Source of the DNA: the human T2T-CHM13v2.0 reference genome, Homo sapiens
Reading direction: 5' to 3' (one strand)
Length of the DNA stretch: 64,000 bases
Assembly: GCF_009914755.1 (NCBI RefSeq)
Contig: NC_060928.1
Under the pieces are notes generated by a model. That model was not told the origin of the DNA. It saw only the letters and a program-made list of their open reading frames with translations, and did not search any database. Shown in pieces: positions 1 to 13,204 of the stretch. The translations under genes were made by a program, and so were the position numbers. Numbering within the stretch: position 1 is the stretch's first letter; each line of letters begins with the position of its first letter.

Positions 1-617
1 CAATGTTTTAAAACATCTGAGGGAAAATACAAATAAATATAAAATTCTAAATCAATCTAAACTGTCATGCAAAATTGAGAACAAAACAAAGACTTTCCAA
101 AATACTAAGTCTAAGAAATCATACAACACACCCAAACATATAGATCCTCAAAAGTGCTACTAAAAAATAAGCTTCACAGGAAGAAGAAAATGAACCCAAA
201 AGAATGAATGGAACACAAGAAAAAACAAGTAAGCCCAGAAATTAATATTTACAAATATGCTTATAAATATGTTTATGTTTATAAATTTAAACAGCTATTA
301 CTTACAAAAATTTAAAAGAGGCATCAGTGTGGATTTTTTCATGTAGAACTAAAATTTTAAACCCAACAATCAAGAAGGGGGAAAGAAGGCACAAAAAGGA
401 GGAGTTAGTGGATTAACGGTTCTGGGTCCTTAGCTTGTTTAAGAAGAGGATAAATAGACTGAGCAACGTTTAAAGAAAAATTTGGAGACAAATGTTCCCA
501 TTGAAATATTAAAGGTAACATTTAATAGAATAGAAATATAATGTATAACTCCCAAACTACCAGATAAACCACACAGTAATTTTTGAAAATGTTATCAAGC
601 TAAATAAGGCCATAGAT

Positions 618-906
618 GGCCGGGTGTGGTGGCTCACGCCTGTAATCCCAGCACTTTGGGAGGCCAAGGCGGGTGGATCACGAGGTCAGGAGATCCAGAC
701 CATCCTGGCTAACACAGTGAAACCCCATCTCTACTAAAAATACAAAAAATTAGCCGGGCATGGTGGCAGGCGCCTGTAGTCCCAGCTACTCAGGAGGCTG
801 AGGCAGGAGAATGGCATGAACCCGGGAGGCAGAGCTCGCAGTGAGCCAAGATCCCACCACTGCACTCCAGCCCGGGCAACAAAGCGAGACTCGTCTCAAA
901 AAAAAA
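618..906 (+). mobile_element. AluY SINE
   Basis: Full dimer starting ggccgggtgtggtggctcacgcc, with AluY-type ggatcacgaggtcaggagat and agaatggcatgaacccggga. Target-site duplication aaataaggcca(tagat/aatat) on both sides. Confidence 0.95.
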
Positions 907-1376
907 TAAGGCCAAATATGAGGAAAAAGAAAAAGAAAAGGAAAAAGGAAGATAAGCAGAAACCTAAATTAAGATATTAAAATAAATATAAATTAATAAG
1001 TACAAAAAAATAAACAGATTCTGTTCACATATCAATAGAGATTATCAAATAATACAAAGACAATTCAGCTCAGGTTGGCTATAAAAGCTATAGTTAAAAC
1101 CAAAGAACATAGAAAGGGTGAAAATTCCCAAGAAAATAAATACCAAGAAATAATAACAAAAAAATTTGTAGCAATAATGTTATCAGATAAAATAGACATT
1201 AGATGAAAAATTATTAATAGGGATAAATAGGTATGCCAAATTATGATTAAGACAACAACGGGTCAAGAAGATGGGGTAAACATGAATTCATACGTACCTA
1301 ACAAAATAGTTCCAAACTTTTTAGCACACACAAATTAGAAAGGATTTAGATCTAACATTAGATATATTCCTGATAT

Positions 1377-1382
<6 letters not shown>

Positions 1383-1407
<25 letters not shown>
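1383..1407. repeat. (TG)n microsatellite
   Basis: About 12 perfect TG units. Confidence 0.95.
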
Positions 1408-1597
1408 ATATTTCTGCAGAAAAAATACATATTCTTCTTAAGCACACGTGGGGCATTTACAAAAAGTGTCCATATTCTAAGTCACATGAAATGTCTCAAT
1501 AAATGTTAAACATTTGAATACAATTGTTAAAAGTGAACAATAAAGATAGCTTATTAAAATATACTCCTGAATAACTCATTGATTAAACCATAGATCA

Positions 1598-3316
1598 ATA
1601 GCCAACACAACATTGAAGAAGAACAAAGTTGGAAGACTAGCACTACTTCATTTCAAGTCTTAATATAAAGCTACAGTAATCAGGACAATGTGGTATTGGT
1701 AAAAGAATAGAAAAATAGATAAGTGGAACAGAATGGATAGCCCAGAAATAGTCTACATAAATATAGTCAGCTGACCTTTGACAAAGGAGCTTTTGTAGCA
1801 ATAGTGTTATCAGATAAAATAGACATTAGATGAAAAATTATTAATAGGGATAAATAGGGATCTATGGACAAAAGACAGTCATTTCAACAAATGGTATGGA
1901 ACAACTGGACATCCAGATGCAAAAACAAAGAATCTAAACACAAACCTTACACTCTTCTCAAAAACTAACTCAAAATGGATCACAAACCTAAATGTAAAAT
2001 GCAAAACCATAAAACTCCTAGAAGACAACAGGAGAAAAATCTAGATAACTTGGTTTGGTGGTGACTTTTTAAAATATGACACCAAAGTTATTATTCATGA
2101 AAAAATAATTGATTTAAGCTATATTTTATTAAAATAAAAACTTCTGCTCTGTAAAAGACACTGTCTTGAGAATGAGAAGACAAGCCACAGACTGGGAGAA
2201 ACTACTTGCAAAAGATATATCTGATACAGAACTGTTATTTAAAATATACAAAGAATTCTCAAAACTCAACAATAAGAAAACAATCTGACTTTTAAATGGG
2301 CCAAATATTTTAACAGACACCTCACCAAAGAATATAAATGAAAAGATGCTTTACATTATACATCATCAGGGAAATGCAAATTAAAACAATGAAATACCAC
2401 TACACACTTATTAGAATGGCCAAAATCTAGAACACTGACCACATCAAATGCTGACAAGAGGCAGAGCAACAGGAACTCACTCATTGCTGGTGGGAATGCG
2501 AAATGATACAGCCACTCTGGAGGACAATTTGTCAGTTCCTTACAAAACTAAACATGCTTTGACCATGTAATCCAGCTATAGCACTCCTTAGTATTTCCTC
2601 AAAGAGTTTAAAACATGTCCACATAAAAGCCTGCATATGAATGTTCATAGTAGCTTTATTCATAATTGCTAAAACAGAAGCAACCACGATATCCTTCAGT
2701 AGAATGAATTATTACTCGGTGCTAAAAATAAATGAGCTATCCAGCCATGAAAAGACATGGAAGAAACTTAAATGCACACTACTGGGTGAAAGAAGCTAAT
2801 CTGAAAAAGCTACATACTATATAATTTCAACTATATGATATTCTGGAAAAAGCATAACTATTCAGACAGTAAGCAGATCACTAGTTGCCAGGGGTAAAGG
2901 GAAGGGGAGAGATGAATTAATAGAGCACAGCGGATTTTTAGGGCAGTGAAATACACCACGTAACGGTGAATACATGTCATTATACATTTGTCCAAACCCA
3001 TAGAATGTATAACACCAAGAGTGAACCCTCATGTAAACTATGGGTGTTGGGCAATAATAATGTGTCAATATAGGGTCATCAATTGTAACAAATATATCAC
3101 TCTGGTGGGTGATGTCAATAATAGGGGAGACTATAGTATAGCCTCATGAAATAAACAGATCACATTCACTTATCAATAGAGATTATCAAATAATACAAAT
3201 AAAATCCAGCACAAGTGAATTTAGGCAATATATAGGAAATCTCTATACTTTCCTCTTAATTTTACTGTAAAGCCAAAACTTCTCTTAAAAAATTAAATAT
3301 CATTTTTTTAAAAAAG
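1598..3316 (+). mobile_element. L1MC-type LINE-1, 3' part of ORF2 plus 3'UTR, inserted into the older L1
   Basis: gaagaacaaagttggaagact...aaagctacagtaatcaggacaatgtggtattgg, and an L1MC-like 3'UTR (tgtccaaacccatagaatgtataacaccaagagtgaaccct). Flanked by atagatca direct repeats (~1589 and ~3318). Confidence 0.85.
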
Positions 3317-3652
3317 AATAGATCACAAGGGAAATTATGAAATATTTAAAATTGGGAGTAAACAGAAACACAATAAACCATACCTATGAAAAGCAAAGTA
3401 ATATCAAGAAATAAGTTAATTGTCTTAAATATGTTTATTAAACCAAAATAAGCATTTAAACAAGCATTCAACTTTAACAGATACAAAGCAAAAAGTATAT
3501 TAAATTCAAAGAAAATAGAAGAAAGAAATTTAAAGGAGTAAAAATGAATAGAAAACAACTGCAAAATATGGCACAACAGAGATTGTGAACAAAATCAAAA
3601 CTAGTTCTTTGTAAATATTAACAAAATGTATAAACCTCTAGGTTCTAGACAG

Positions 3653-3700
3653 AAGGAAGGAAGGAAGGGAAGGGAAGGGAAGGAGGGAGGGACGGAGGAA
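3653..3700. repeat. (GGAA/GGGAA)n purine-rich simple repeat
   Basis: aaggaaggaaggaagggaagggaagggaaggagggagggacggaggaa. Confidence 0.85.
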
Positions 3701-4949
3701 TATTAGGAAAAATGGCAAGGCTGAAGATGATGGGGAGAGAAGTCTAGATTTTGTTAGGGTACTGGGTGGACAAAATAGGCCCAGTTAAAGGACAGCAAGG
3801 AAGGCCCAAACATTCAAGAGCAGCACAAAGGCAATGGGTCTTACATCGAAGAAGAAATAATAGATAATAAGGAAAAAAGACCACAAAGAAGAGCATGAAA
3901 TATACCAACAAGAAAGCCAAGTGAAGAGTGGCATAAGTTAACCATAAGCTAGCTCTTCAAGTATTTTCTTTCTAAGTAAAGCTGGCATTACAAAAAATAA
4001 AAGCAATTTAGAATAAAATGACTTTATTAAGAACTATTTATACAAGATGAAAATAGTACAGCAGAAGGTTGAAAGTGAACTTAATTGTCCTTTTATACAT
4101 CTGAATAGCTCATTAACAGAAATCAAGGTAGTCATTAAGAAAGCACAGCCAATCTTCCTCCAGAGAAGGATCCCTAATCCAACTACTCACTAAGGGTCTG
4201 GTTTCAGATTTCATGTGCTGGAAAATGCCTTTTAGGCCAGAAATAATGATTATTTTATTTAATTTTTATTAAAATATACAAATAAAAACTACCAATGAAC
4301 TCAGTGTTATATTCATGTTTATATATATATTCATTTACTTATATTTGACATTTTTCTGAGATACATCAGAACAGAGTATATAAAATTACAAAGTCAGTCA
4401 AAAAATATTAAAACCAGATTTGGCCTAGATATTCTCTTCTTAGTATTTACTCTTAGTATTTACTCAAAGAGTTTAAATAATATTTAAATAAATACTCTTA
4501 GTACCTACTCAAAGAGATATTCTTTCCCTACACAGGACTCCCATATTATGCCCAAAGTCTTTTGTATTTTAACAAAGGAAATGTATCAAGGCATTGATCA
4601 CTTGCTTTTAGAGAATATGTCAAAGAAAATATCAGGTATTAGAGGACAGAGAATTTTGTAAAACAAACTTTCCTGGTATTTCTAAAATCACAATATAAAG
4701 GGGGGACCACTACTATTCTGCCAATTACTTGGGCTAACAATACCTTTGATACATACGCCAGCACGTGAAACTAAATAAGTGTTTAGAGCCAAATAAATGA
4801 TATAAAATCTAGCTTTCCTTCACATATAACCTTATTACTAAATACTTAAAAAATCATAAAAATCCCCTTAATCGTGGATCTATTTATGGATCTCTTTTTA
4901 TCAAAGTACCAGTGTTTATAAATAATCTAATAATAAATAATCCAAAGCC

Positions 4950-5380
4950 ACATGTCCAGCTCAAAGTCCCCATGTCCTTACTGATGCTCAATAAGTTTGG
5001 GCAAAGGTGAACTCATTTCCTATTCCCAACACTACTACCACCCTGTGCTTTCCTCCTTCCTTAGTTTTGCTCATGCTGCTTTCTCCAATATTGATTTTCT
5101 TTAGAGGAACATACTGAATGCCTCCTCCACAAAATTTTCTCCTTTTGCTCCTCCTCATCAGAAGTCTTTCTTCTCCTGTAAGAATCCCACAGCACTTACA
5201 CTATCTATCCTTTATAATACTTGTCCTTTTAAATCTTGTAGTATGGTTATTTGTGTGCACATGTTATATCCCCCACTATACTTACAAGAGTCTTAAGGAT
5301 AATATTTCTGTCTGAATTATAATATCCCTCATAGTTCCTACGAAGAGTCTCTAATACAAGTGTTCAAAACTATTTGCAAA
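4950..5380 (+). mobile_element. Degenerate L2 3' fragment
   Basis: Weak resemblance to the L2 3' end (ttatttgtgtgcacatgttatatccccc...aagtgttcaaaactatttg). Confidence 0.45.
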
Positions 5381-6563
5381 ACAATTGATATAGCAATAAA
5401 TTGCAGTGATTTTGTTAGTAGTACAAAGAGCTAGTTCCTTAGAAATATATGTGCCAAAACTATATTTAGCTACTGACTTCTTGTATGATATGATTTATTT
5501 TCTGGGACCTTAATTTCTCAAATATGTATAGCATTAATTAAGAGCAGTAAAAACTTTTTAACTTATAAAATTTATGAAAAGAGTTATATGATACACAAAG
5601 TAAAAATTAAGGTCTTTAGAAATTAATGTAGGTGTTACTGTAAGTATCCTCCAAAAAAATCAACCTGCTAGCTTATCATAAAGAACTGAAGAATTTATCT
5701 CCATTGACAAGGCTTAATCATCAATTAGGACAATATCTCTAGGTAAGGGGGTACTTTAAGAATGTGTGAGACACAAGAGGTCATAATTTTTAAAAATTTA
5801 ATAATTAAAGGTGCAAGCTTCCCAAAATAATTTTCATGATTAAAGGATAAAAGATCTAGGCATGCTCAGTGATGAAAAAAAAAAAGAAATGACTGAGGAG
5901 GCAGTATTATATCTGTCACGGTTAGGGAGGACAGGCCTCAAAAAACCATTAGGGTAGCCAAATAAGAAATGATAAAGTTAAGATACAGTAAAACAAGTTT
6001 AAGCAAAATATTAAGAAAAACTGCATGGTGAATCTTTAAAATTGTATCTAAAAGCTTGAAAAATGTGACAGGGGAAATTCTTTATTGGTAGGGAAAATAG
6101 AGGGATATGCAAGTTTTAAAGTAATGAACAGAACAAGATCACATTAGGAGAGCAGGCCCTTACTTACAAAGACATGTGCATTGAACATAAAGGTTGCAGT
6201 ATTTCTATATTAAAAAGGCATTGTGATCTCCTAGGCTCTGCTCATCTCTCCTCTCTATAAGACAATCAATGCCAGGAGCGAAATTATATTTAATTTCTTT
6301 GTTATTTAATAAATTTTGGGTGGAGTTCCACATGAGGGATTTGAAAAAATAATTTCTAGTTCAGATTAATTTATTAAAAGCCTATTCAATTGTAAGTCAG
6401 GGGATAAGGTTCTCCACAGACCTCTATAACATTTAACAAACAAATTGCTTAATACTTTATTTGAATCACCTTTCCTAATTACTCTTATAAGGAGTTCTCA
6501 GAGATGTTAATCTGTTGCCACATAGCAATTTTTAGTAGCAGCTTCATAAACGTGTTAAATTTA

Positions 6564-6610
6564 AATACATATTTACATGAGGTGCACACATCCTCATGTA
6601 AATATGTATT
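6564..6610. repeat. Perfect 19-bp inverted repeat with 9-nt loop
   Basis: aatacatatttacatgagg (6564-6582), loop tgcacacat, cctcatgtaaatatgtatt (6592-6610). Confidence 0.95.
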
Positions 6611-7214
6611 GAGAATTGTATGTATTACAACCAGTTCCATGCTCCTATAACTTCATACTCCACAAGAAGTTAAATTCAAAAGGCTATGGCGTGCATTCAA
6701 TTAGTCACATTAAAATCTAATTAAATTTAATCTAATATTGGCCTTCATCCTGAAAATATTATGGCTTTGTATTTGTACGGAACTCATCATCATCATCACG
6801 GTCGTCACCAGGAAGCAATAATGTGGACAGCATATTATACCAACTAGTGTACAGTATAGCATGATTTATATGACATCAGGAAGAACAAACAAAAAAAGCC
6901 TAGTTTGTATCCTAAACTATTAGTTGGAAAGATGGACAAGCAGATCCCAAATCCAGATATGGTGAAATAAACATTTGCAGTCATCACAGAGTATTATTTT
7001 TTTGCATGTTGAATTGAGGATATACACAAAAATCCATGCAAAAGATGGGACTTTAAAGAGGTTTCTAGAGGAGAAAAAGAGGCTTAGAAAAGCACAATGA
7101 GTGGAGGAGCTCCTCTCCTAAACTAGAACATCAGAGGGAATCTCACAAAAGGCTGTAAATTAGGATAAACTGGTATGTGAAGCCCCCAGAGTATGACTGT
7201 TACTACGCTAAACC

Positions 7215-7420
7215 CTTTAATACATTATATTATTGAAAAGCTACATTTAATAATAATTGCTCCACATTTAGTACAGATAATTTCAATTTCTTAGCTAGAG
7301 ACACTGGGGTTTGGGGAGAGCCAGTGATCTGCTCAAGGCGGAAGAGCTACAGTGGCAGAGCCAGGATTCAATCCAGACTCCTCTGACTCCAAAACTCAAG
7401 CTCTTAATCTTTGGGCATGC
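7215..7420 (-). mobile_element. MIR SINE fragment
   Basis: Reverse complement of the MIR core: gagacactgggg...gtggcagagccaggattcaatccagactcctctgactccaaaactcaagctcttaa. Confidence 0.7.
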
Positions 7421-7732
7421 TGCTTTTCACTATGAAATGAATGAAGAGAAAGTCCTGCAAAAAGATGCAATACCTGAAGAACAGGGAACTTTTTTTTTTA
7501 ATCTGCAGGAATCTCTGTAATGAGGAGGAAGATGTTGGAACAGAAAACACTTGGTGATCTTGGTGTTAGAGCTGAGCAAAGTGCCCTATTTGCCAGAGAA
7601 AAGATGCATTTAAAAAAAACAAAATAAATAAAAAATAAAAAATCCTCAAATTACCTTGTGAACAAAAGTGCTGGAATCAAGTACTTGAATCACAAGGCAA
7701 ATTTGGATTTCAGTGAGGATGCTCTTATACCT

Positions 7733-8347
7733 TGTTGGGGCACAACAACAAATTGCCACAAAAACTGGTGCTTGGATATGCTGAGAGATCTTAGAACCTG
7801 AATCAGATTCGAGGTCCGTCTAACCTTGTCTTATTTCACCCCCAAGCACTGGGAGAGAATCTCTTTGGAATTTCCTTATCTGACCAAGAAAACATCTTTC
7901 CAAAGAAATGCAATTGTCTTAAACCCCCTCCCTAGGGATCTCATCAAATAACCAGGAAAGACCAATCACTGCATAAGAGAAGAGACTGACAAGTCCTCAC
8001 TAGCCTGGACAGACTTTTCATCTATTCTTCTGAGAGCAGCTACAAGAGATTTCCTGAGGGACTTAGTATGCATAATGAGACAACTTTTGTCGCTGTGCAG
8101 CTCCCTGCTCACCTTCACATAATGTCTGCCTCCCGCCTCCCAGGCCCATACATCTCTCTCTTGTGAAGAGAGTATTTAAGCATCACCGTCTGGCCCCTCT
8201 TTAAGTTCACATTTTGTATGACTCCCCTGCATATGTGTGCACATCAACAAATGTTGAATGCCTTTTCTCCTTTTAATTTGCCTTTTGTCAGTTGATTTTC
8301 AGCAAACTTTCAGAGGACAAAGGGAAAGTTTCCCCTGCCTTTCTACA
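7733..8347 (+). mobile_element. ERV1 solo LTR (MER39/MER34-like)
   Basis: Starts TGTTGGGG and ends ...ttcagaggacaaagggaaagtttcccctgcctttcTACA. Internal motifs cccctccctagg and gacagacttttcatctattcttctgag. Confidence 0.8.
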
Positions 8348-9031
8348 ACTCTCTAGTGCAGGAACAGGTACTAGAGACCTCATAGCTGGATAGAAAAGCT
8401 TGACATACTGCAAATCCTACATTTCCCTAACAAAAATGACAAGTCGCAAGCTATATATCTCTGGTCAGGTATGGTATGGGTTATTGAACAAAAATGATTT
8501 ACTAAGGTTTTACTACTTCAACCATAGCTCAAACTCAATAGCAGCATTGCTTTAACATTTGCTTCTGAATGTTACAGAAATCAGGAAAGAACAGGAAAGG
8601 GGTCTCAGGTGATATTTGGGTCTGCCACTAACCTAGAAAATGATAAAGAGGAGAAGAGTTGACAGCGCTAGACATAGAAAAAAATGTTTCTTCCATCAAA
8701 CCAGTTCAAAATCACTTTAAACATAGAAAAATTACCAAAAAAAATTTCTTTATGAACTATCCTTGAAAAATTTAGAATGTGACACATTTAGCTACACTAA
8801 TGCATCTTATGTACTAGCTAATGCTGGGATCAGGGAAACCAAAAAACAAGGTCAGAGTCTGTCTGGAACAGTCTTCACCTAGATGAGGTGACCTCAAGGA
8901 GCAATAAAGGTGGCATTATTATGAAGTATGAGACAGACATTGGCCAAGATAAAAATATGTGTGAGAATATTAGAAATATATCAAAGATGAAGTAATTTCG
9001 AAGAGAAAAAAGATAAGAATCTCTGTGCTTA

Positions 9032-9810
9032 TGAAATCATCTTTGCAAAAATTATGACACTGAGAGAAATCTAACATAACTGACTCCATTTTGCTTCCAA
9101 CCTCACAAGCTAACTGTCCTGGGTGGAGGTCAAGCTAACAGAAATTATAGTTTCACTTTAAAGCAAGGATGATAATAGTCCCTTCCCAAAACTAAGTCCC
9201 TTCTGGTTGGGGACTGAAAACTGCCCTTGTAAAATTAATGAAAGACCACAGGGTTAGGATTATGGGAGGGGCCTGAATTCTGCTAAAATGTTAGTGTAGC
9301 TAAATGATAACCAGTTATTTTATCCTAGCTTGCTTTTCTATAATTTCTTACTTCTCAGGAGTCATGTAACCAGAGGTCACAAGATTTGTGACTTCCCCAT
9401 TTGCTCCTATAGATAACATCACTATCTTGGTCTTTGAGTTATTTTTCAGACTTTTGCATTCTAGCAACGGACTGAAACCACCCAGATCCATGACTCATAC
9501 CAAGGAACTGATTCAACCAGTCCAGTGGCCCCTACCCAGAAACTGACTCGCACCCAAGAAATTTTTTGACCAAGATCCATGGTTTCATCCCCAACCAATT
9601 AGCAGCACCCATTTCCTAGCCCCCTGCCCGCCAAATTATCCTTAAAAATCCTAGCCTCTGAGTTCTCAGGGAGGTGAATTTGAGAAATATCTCCCATTCT
9701 TCAACTCAGCTGCCTTGCAATGAATAAACTCTCTCTGTACTGCAACACCACTGTCTCTGTGTATTGGCTTTTCTGTGCAGCAGGCAAGAAGAACCCACTG
9801 GGCTGTAACA
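9032..9810 (+). mobile_element. ERV1 solo LTR (LTR8 family)
   Basis: Starts TGAAATCATCTTTGCAAAAATTATGAC, has AATAAA near 9723, and ends ...gaacccactgggctgtaaCA. 4-bp TSD ctta at 9028-9031 and 9811-9814. Confidence 0.88.
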
Positions 9811-9818
9811 CTTATTGC

Positions 9819-10309
9819 TGTCAAATTATGCCCCATCTACAGACAAAATGGACTCCCTGTGGCTAACTGAGATGCTCAAGTTAAAGCAAAACTTGGCAGC
9901 CATAGTAGGATGAAGGGGCAGTCACATACTCTGTGTTCTTGGAAAATGTTGCAAAAAAATATTATGACTTCCCTTTCTGCAATCAAGCTAAACCAGTTCC
10001 TGTTATTGATGCCTATGGATGCCAAAATAGACTGCTGCTAAAAATTTCCCAATTGACCACTTGGAATTAACCAATAGAGACTTGTCGTTTCAGGCTTAAA
10101 GGTGGTCCAAGCAAGGCTCTGTTCCTGGCTCCCCAGATACCCCTCCCTTGCATTTCAGTTCTTGCCTTTATAATCTCTAACTCTCCAGTCCTTCCTCAGA
10201 GTGTAGTTTTGTATTGTCCCAAAGGCTGGGTCTACCCAATATAGAGATTACTATCAGAAAATAAAGCCCATTTTATTGTCCCCACAGGTCGTATGGTCTT
10301 TTGTTAACA
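9819..10309 (+). mobile_element. Solo LTR (subfamily uncertain, possibly LTR47-like)
   Basis: TG...CA termini (tgtcaaattatg ... ggtcttttgttaaca), aaaatggactccctgtggctaactgag motif, CCAAT boxes, TATAA-like element and aataaa near the 3' end. Confidence 0.7.
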
Positions 10310-12854
10310 TTTCTATTATTGTATTTCTATTACTTGCTAACAAATGACCCAACTGTTACTATTTTGCAATCATTACTCCATAACGGGAAGAATTATTATG
10401 AATAAATCTTAGTATAGAAAAGAGGGTTGACGAAAATAGAAAATTTGGTGGATTCCTATAGGTACAGGATTTGGCTCTCAGGCTTTCAGGTTAAAAACAT
10501 CATTGCATATAACTTTCTGATGTTTAAATTCAGTGTTACTACTGCTACTCTTTTCACATTAATGGAAAGTAAACCTAATAGTAGTAATCATATTTTTTCC
10601 TTACTTAGGGCTAACTGAAATATCTTTACCTAATGATATCACTAACAAAAACAAATATTAGATTTTAAAATAATATGTTTAAAAGGATCATATTTTATAA
10701 AAAGTACAAATGAAATTGTGATGCAATTTCATCTTTTTTCTTTTCTAATTTTTCTAAAAACAACTTGCATTACTCATATAATTTTTAAAAGAGAGAATAG
10801 AAAGAGGTAAAATCTAATGAAATGATTTTCATTAACCAAAATTATCTATCACTAAAATGGCCATTTATTTATTTCTTAAAGTAACTATCATGAAGATCTT
10901 CATGAAGACACGTGACGCTCAGATATTACAATAAAAGGGTATTAAGCTGGGTGCCATCTTGCCTGAGAAAACTTGATACACACAAGTTTTGTGTATCAAA
11001 GAGAATGCTTACTCTACAACTGGTTTTTCAACAGTTCATGAAAGATTATTACCTGTATTTGTTTCAACATATGTTCACAATATGTAATTTTTATTTCACT
11101 ATATTTAATTATATTTTAATTTGGTTCATTCTTGCTGTCATATTCAGCTCCTGCAGTTTCAAAATTACACTAGACGAGAGATGGCTTTAAATAGCAAATC
11201 CCATCCATGCATGGTGCTAACATCAGTATTGGAGGATAATATTTCCTGAACTGGACCCCAGTTTCTAGGATGCATCTTGTTTGAAGGCCTATGGTCTTCC
11301 CTCACTGATTATGTTGGTGAGTAAAAGTTTCAGTATGGTAACTGCACTTTTTCATTGTATTAAATGGTTTGTTGAGCTGTGTTTATTACCTTTGCTGATC
11401 ATCACTCTTATCATTAACATGACAAGTTAAAATGATTTTTGAATAATTGCAATCCCTATGCGTAAATATTTCCTGAAAAATACAAAGAGAATAAATACGA
11501 CTGTAGAGGAACTATAGACACATTTTTAAGTGATAACATAAAATGGACTTTTATAAATATAAATACACTAAGAATATCTGTTTTATGGTTTACAGTATTT
11601 ACTATTTTTAACTTACATAGCTGGCCTAATTTTAGTTATATGGGCCTAGAAAAAAATTCATGTGAAATGAATGTGATAATCAGTTCCACGTCTCACGTAA
11701 CTCACAGCCCTGATGTAACTAATTTTATCACCAAAGTTCCTAAAATAATAATTAAACTGGAGATGAGGTTCTGTTCACAAGTCTTGCATTTGGCTTTAAA
11801 TTAAATATTTTATAAAAACATGAAGCGATGGTTAGATTAAATTGTTAGTAATCATGCCTTCAGCAAAGACATAATTTCAAAATCCTTCTGAAATTTGGAC
11901 ATTGGATTAACTGCAATACCAGCCAGCGTATAACTTTGCCCACATCACACAATCTGCTGATAATAAAACCAGAGTTAGAATTCGAAAATTTTACTTTCTA
12001 GGTAGATCACTTATAATGAACCATCCAATTTTCTATCCTGTCATTGGATTATGGATAAGTACAATAAATTTCATAGATAACCAACAGTTAACATAAAAAA
12101 TTAAGTAGAGACATTATGCCAAATATTATTACATTGCTTTAAAAGTTTTTGGACAAGTGCATTTTAAAGTTAAAATAAAATCTTACATGGATCAATTTTC
12201 TGAACAGCCTACACACAACCCTTAGGAACTTGAACTTTTGCTGCCAAGAGTTCCAGCATGCAGAATTCAGCCTGTGACATTTTTCATGTAATGGGATTAT
12301 CCCACTATTTCCCCCACCCCTAATCAGGGTAAGGTTACTCAACAACAGGAGCACTTAAACAGAGACCAAAGATCATTAGGGAAAATACTCTGAGACACGG
12401 CAACTGAATCACATAATTATCAAAGGTTTAGGATATGTGAATCCGCTGTCATATTACTTGGCACCAAGAGTTATGAACAAAAAAGCTGACAAACTTGAGT
12501 TTTTTGGGCACTTTATGTAACTCGTTAACCAGGACAATTGAATTCTTTGTGGCATACTAAATTTATTAAAAATATACTTATGGACATTTAAGCTATCTGA
12601 GGTAATACATTTAGATCAAGTACTTTAGAAGAAATATTAAAATCTCTGCAGATCATAGAGTGAAATATCCAAATAATCTTTCATTATATAGGATTCACTG
12701 TTTTTGTATTTAACAATTCATAGATATAAAAAATTATTATTATAAGTATCACTATGGCATTAGAACTTTCCTAAACTACAGATTCTATCTCATTAAATAT
12801 TCATGCACGCCAGGTTTTCATACTTGGTCCTCTCATTCTGAAGAGTTTTATTAG

Positions 12855-13065
12855 GGAAACTCTTCCATACCCATGAATTCAAGTCCTCCTGAACACGTAG
12901 TTCTGAGATCCAGAACCATATATTCAACTGCCTGCTGGACATATCCGCCCCCAAGGTAGTCCATCAGGAATTGCTAACTCAAATTGACCACACAAAATCC
13001 AACAACCCTTTATATCCAAAATGAGCCCTTCTCTACATCTTCACAAATAAAACTACCTACCATTC
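12855..13065 (+). mobile_element. L2 fragment
   Basis: ccatatattcaactgcctgctggacatatcc matches an L2 motif. Confidence 0.6.
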
Positions 13066-13204
13066 TGACTCAGCATGTTAATGGGGCACACATAGGGGAG
13101 CGAAGATACAGTCCAAGTCCCTCAAAAGTGCAAAATGATATCAAAGATCCACCCACATAAAACCTAGAGCCCCAAAATGTACAATGCTCTATAGCTAAAA
13201 AAAA

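Larger units (their letters stand above)
1..1595 (+). mobile_element. Ancient L1M (L1ME-like) ORF1-end/ORF2-endonuclease remnant, interrupted by AluY; resumes at ~3326-3645
   Basis: A-rich degenerate L1 motifs (ttatcagataaaatagac, gtacctaacaaaatagttccaaa, ttcttcttaagcacacgtggggcatttacaaaa). The sequence continues after the L1MC insert (gatcacaagggaaattatgaaatattt). Confidence 0.65.
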
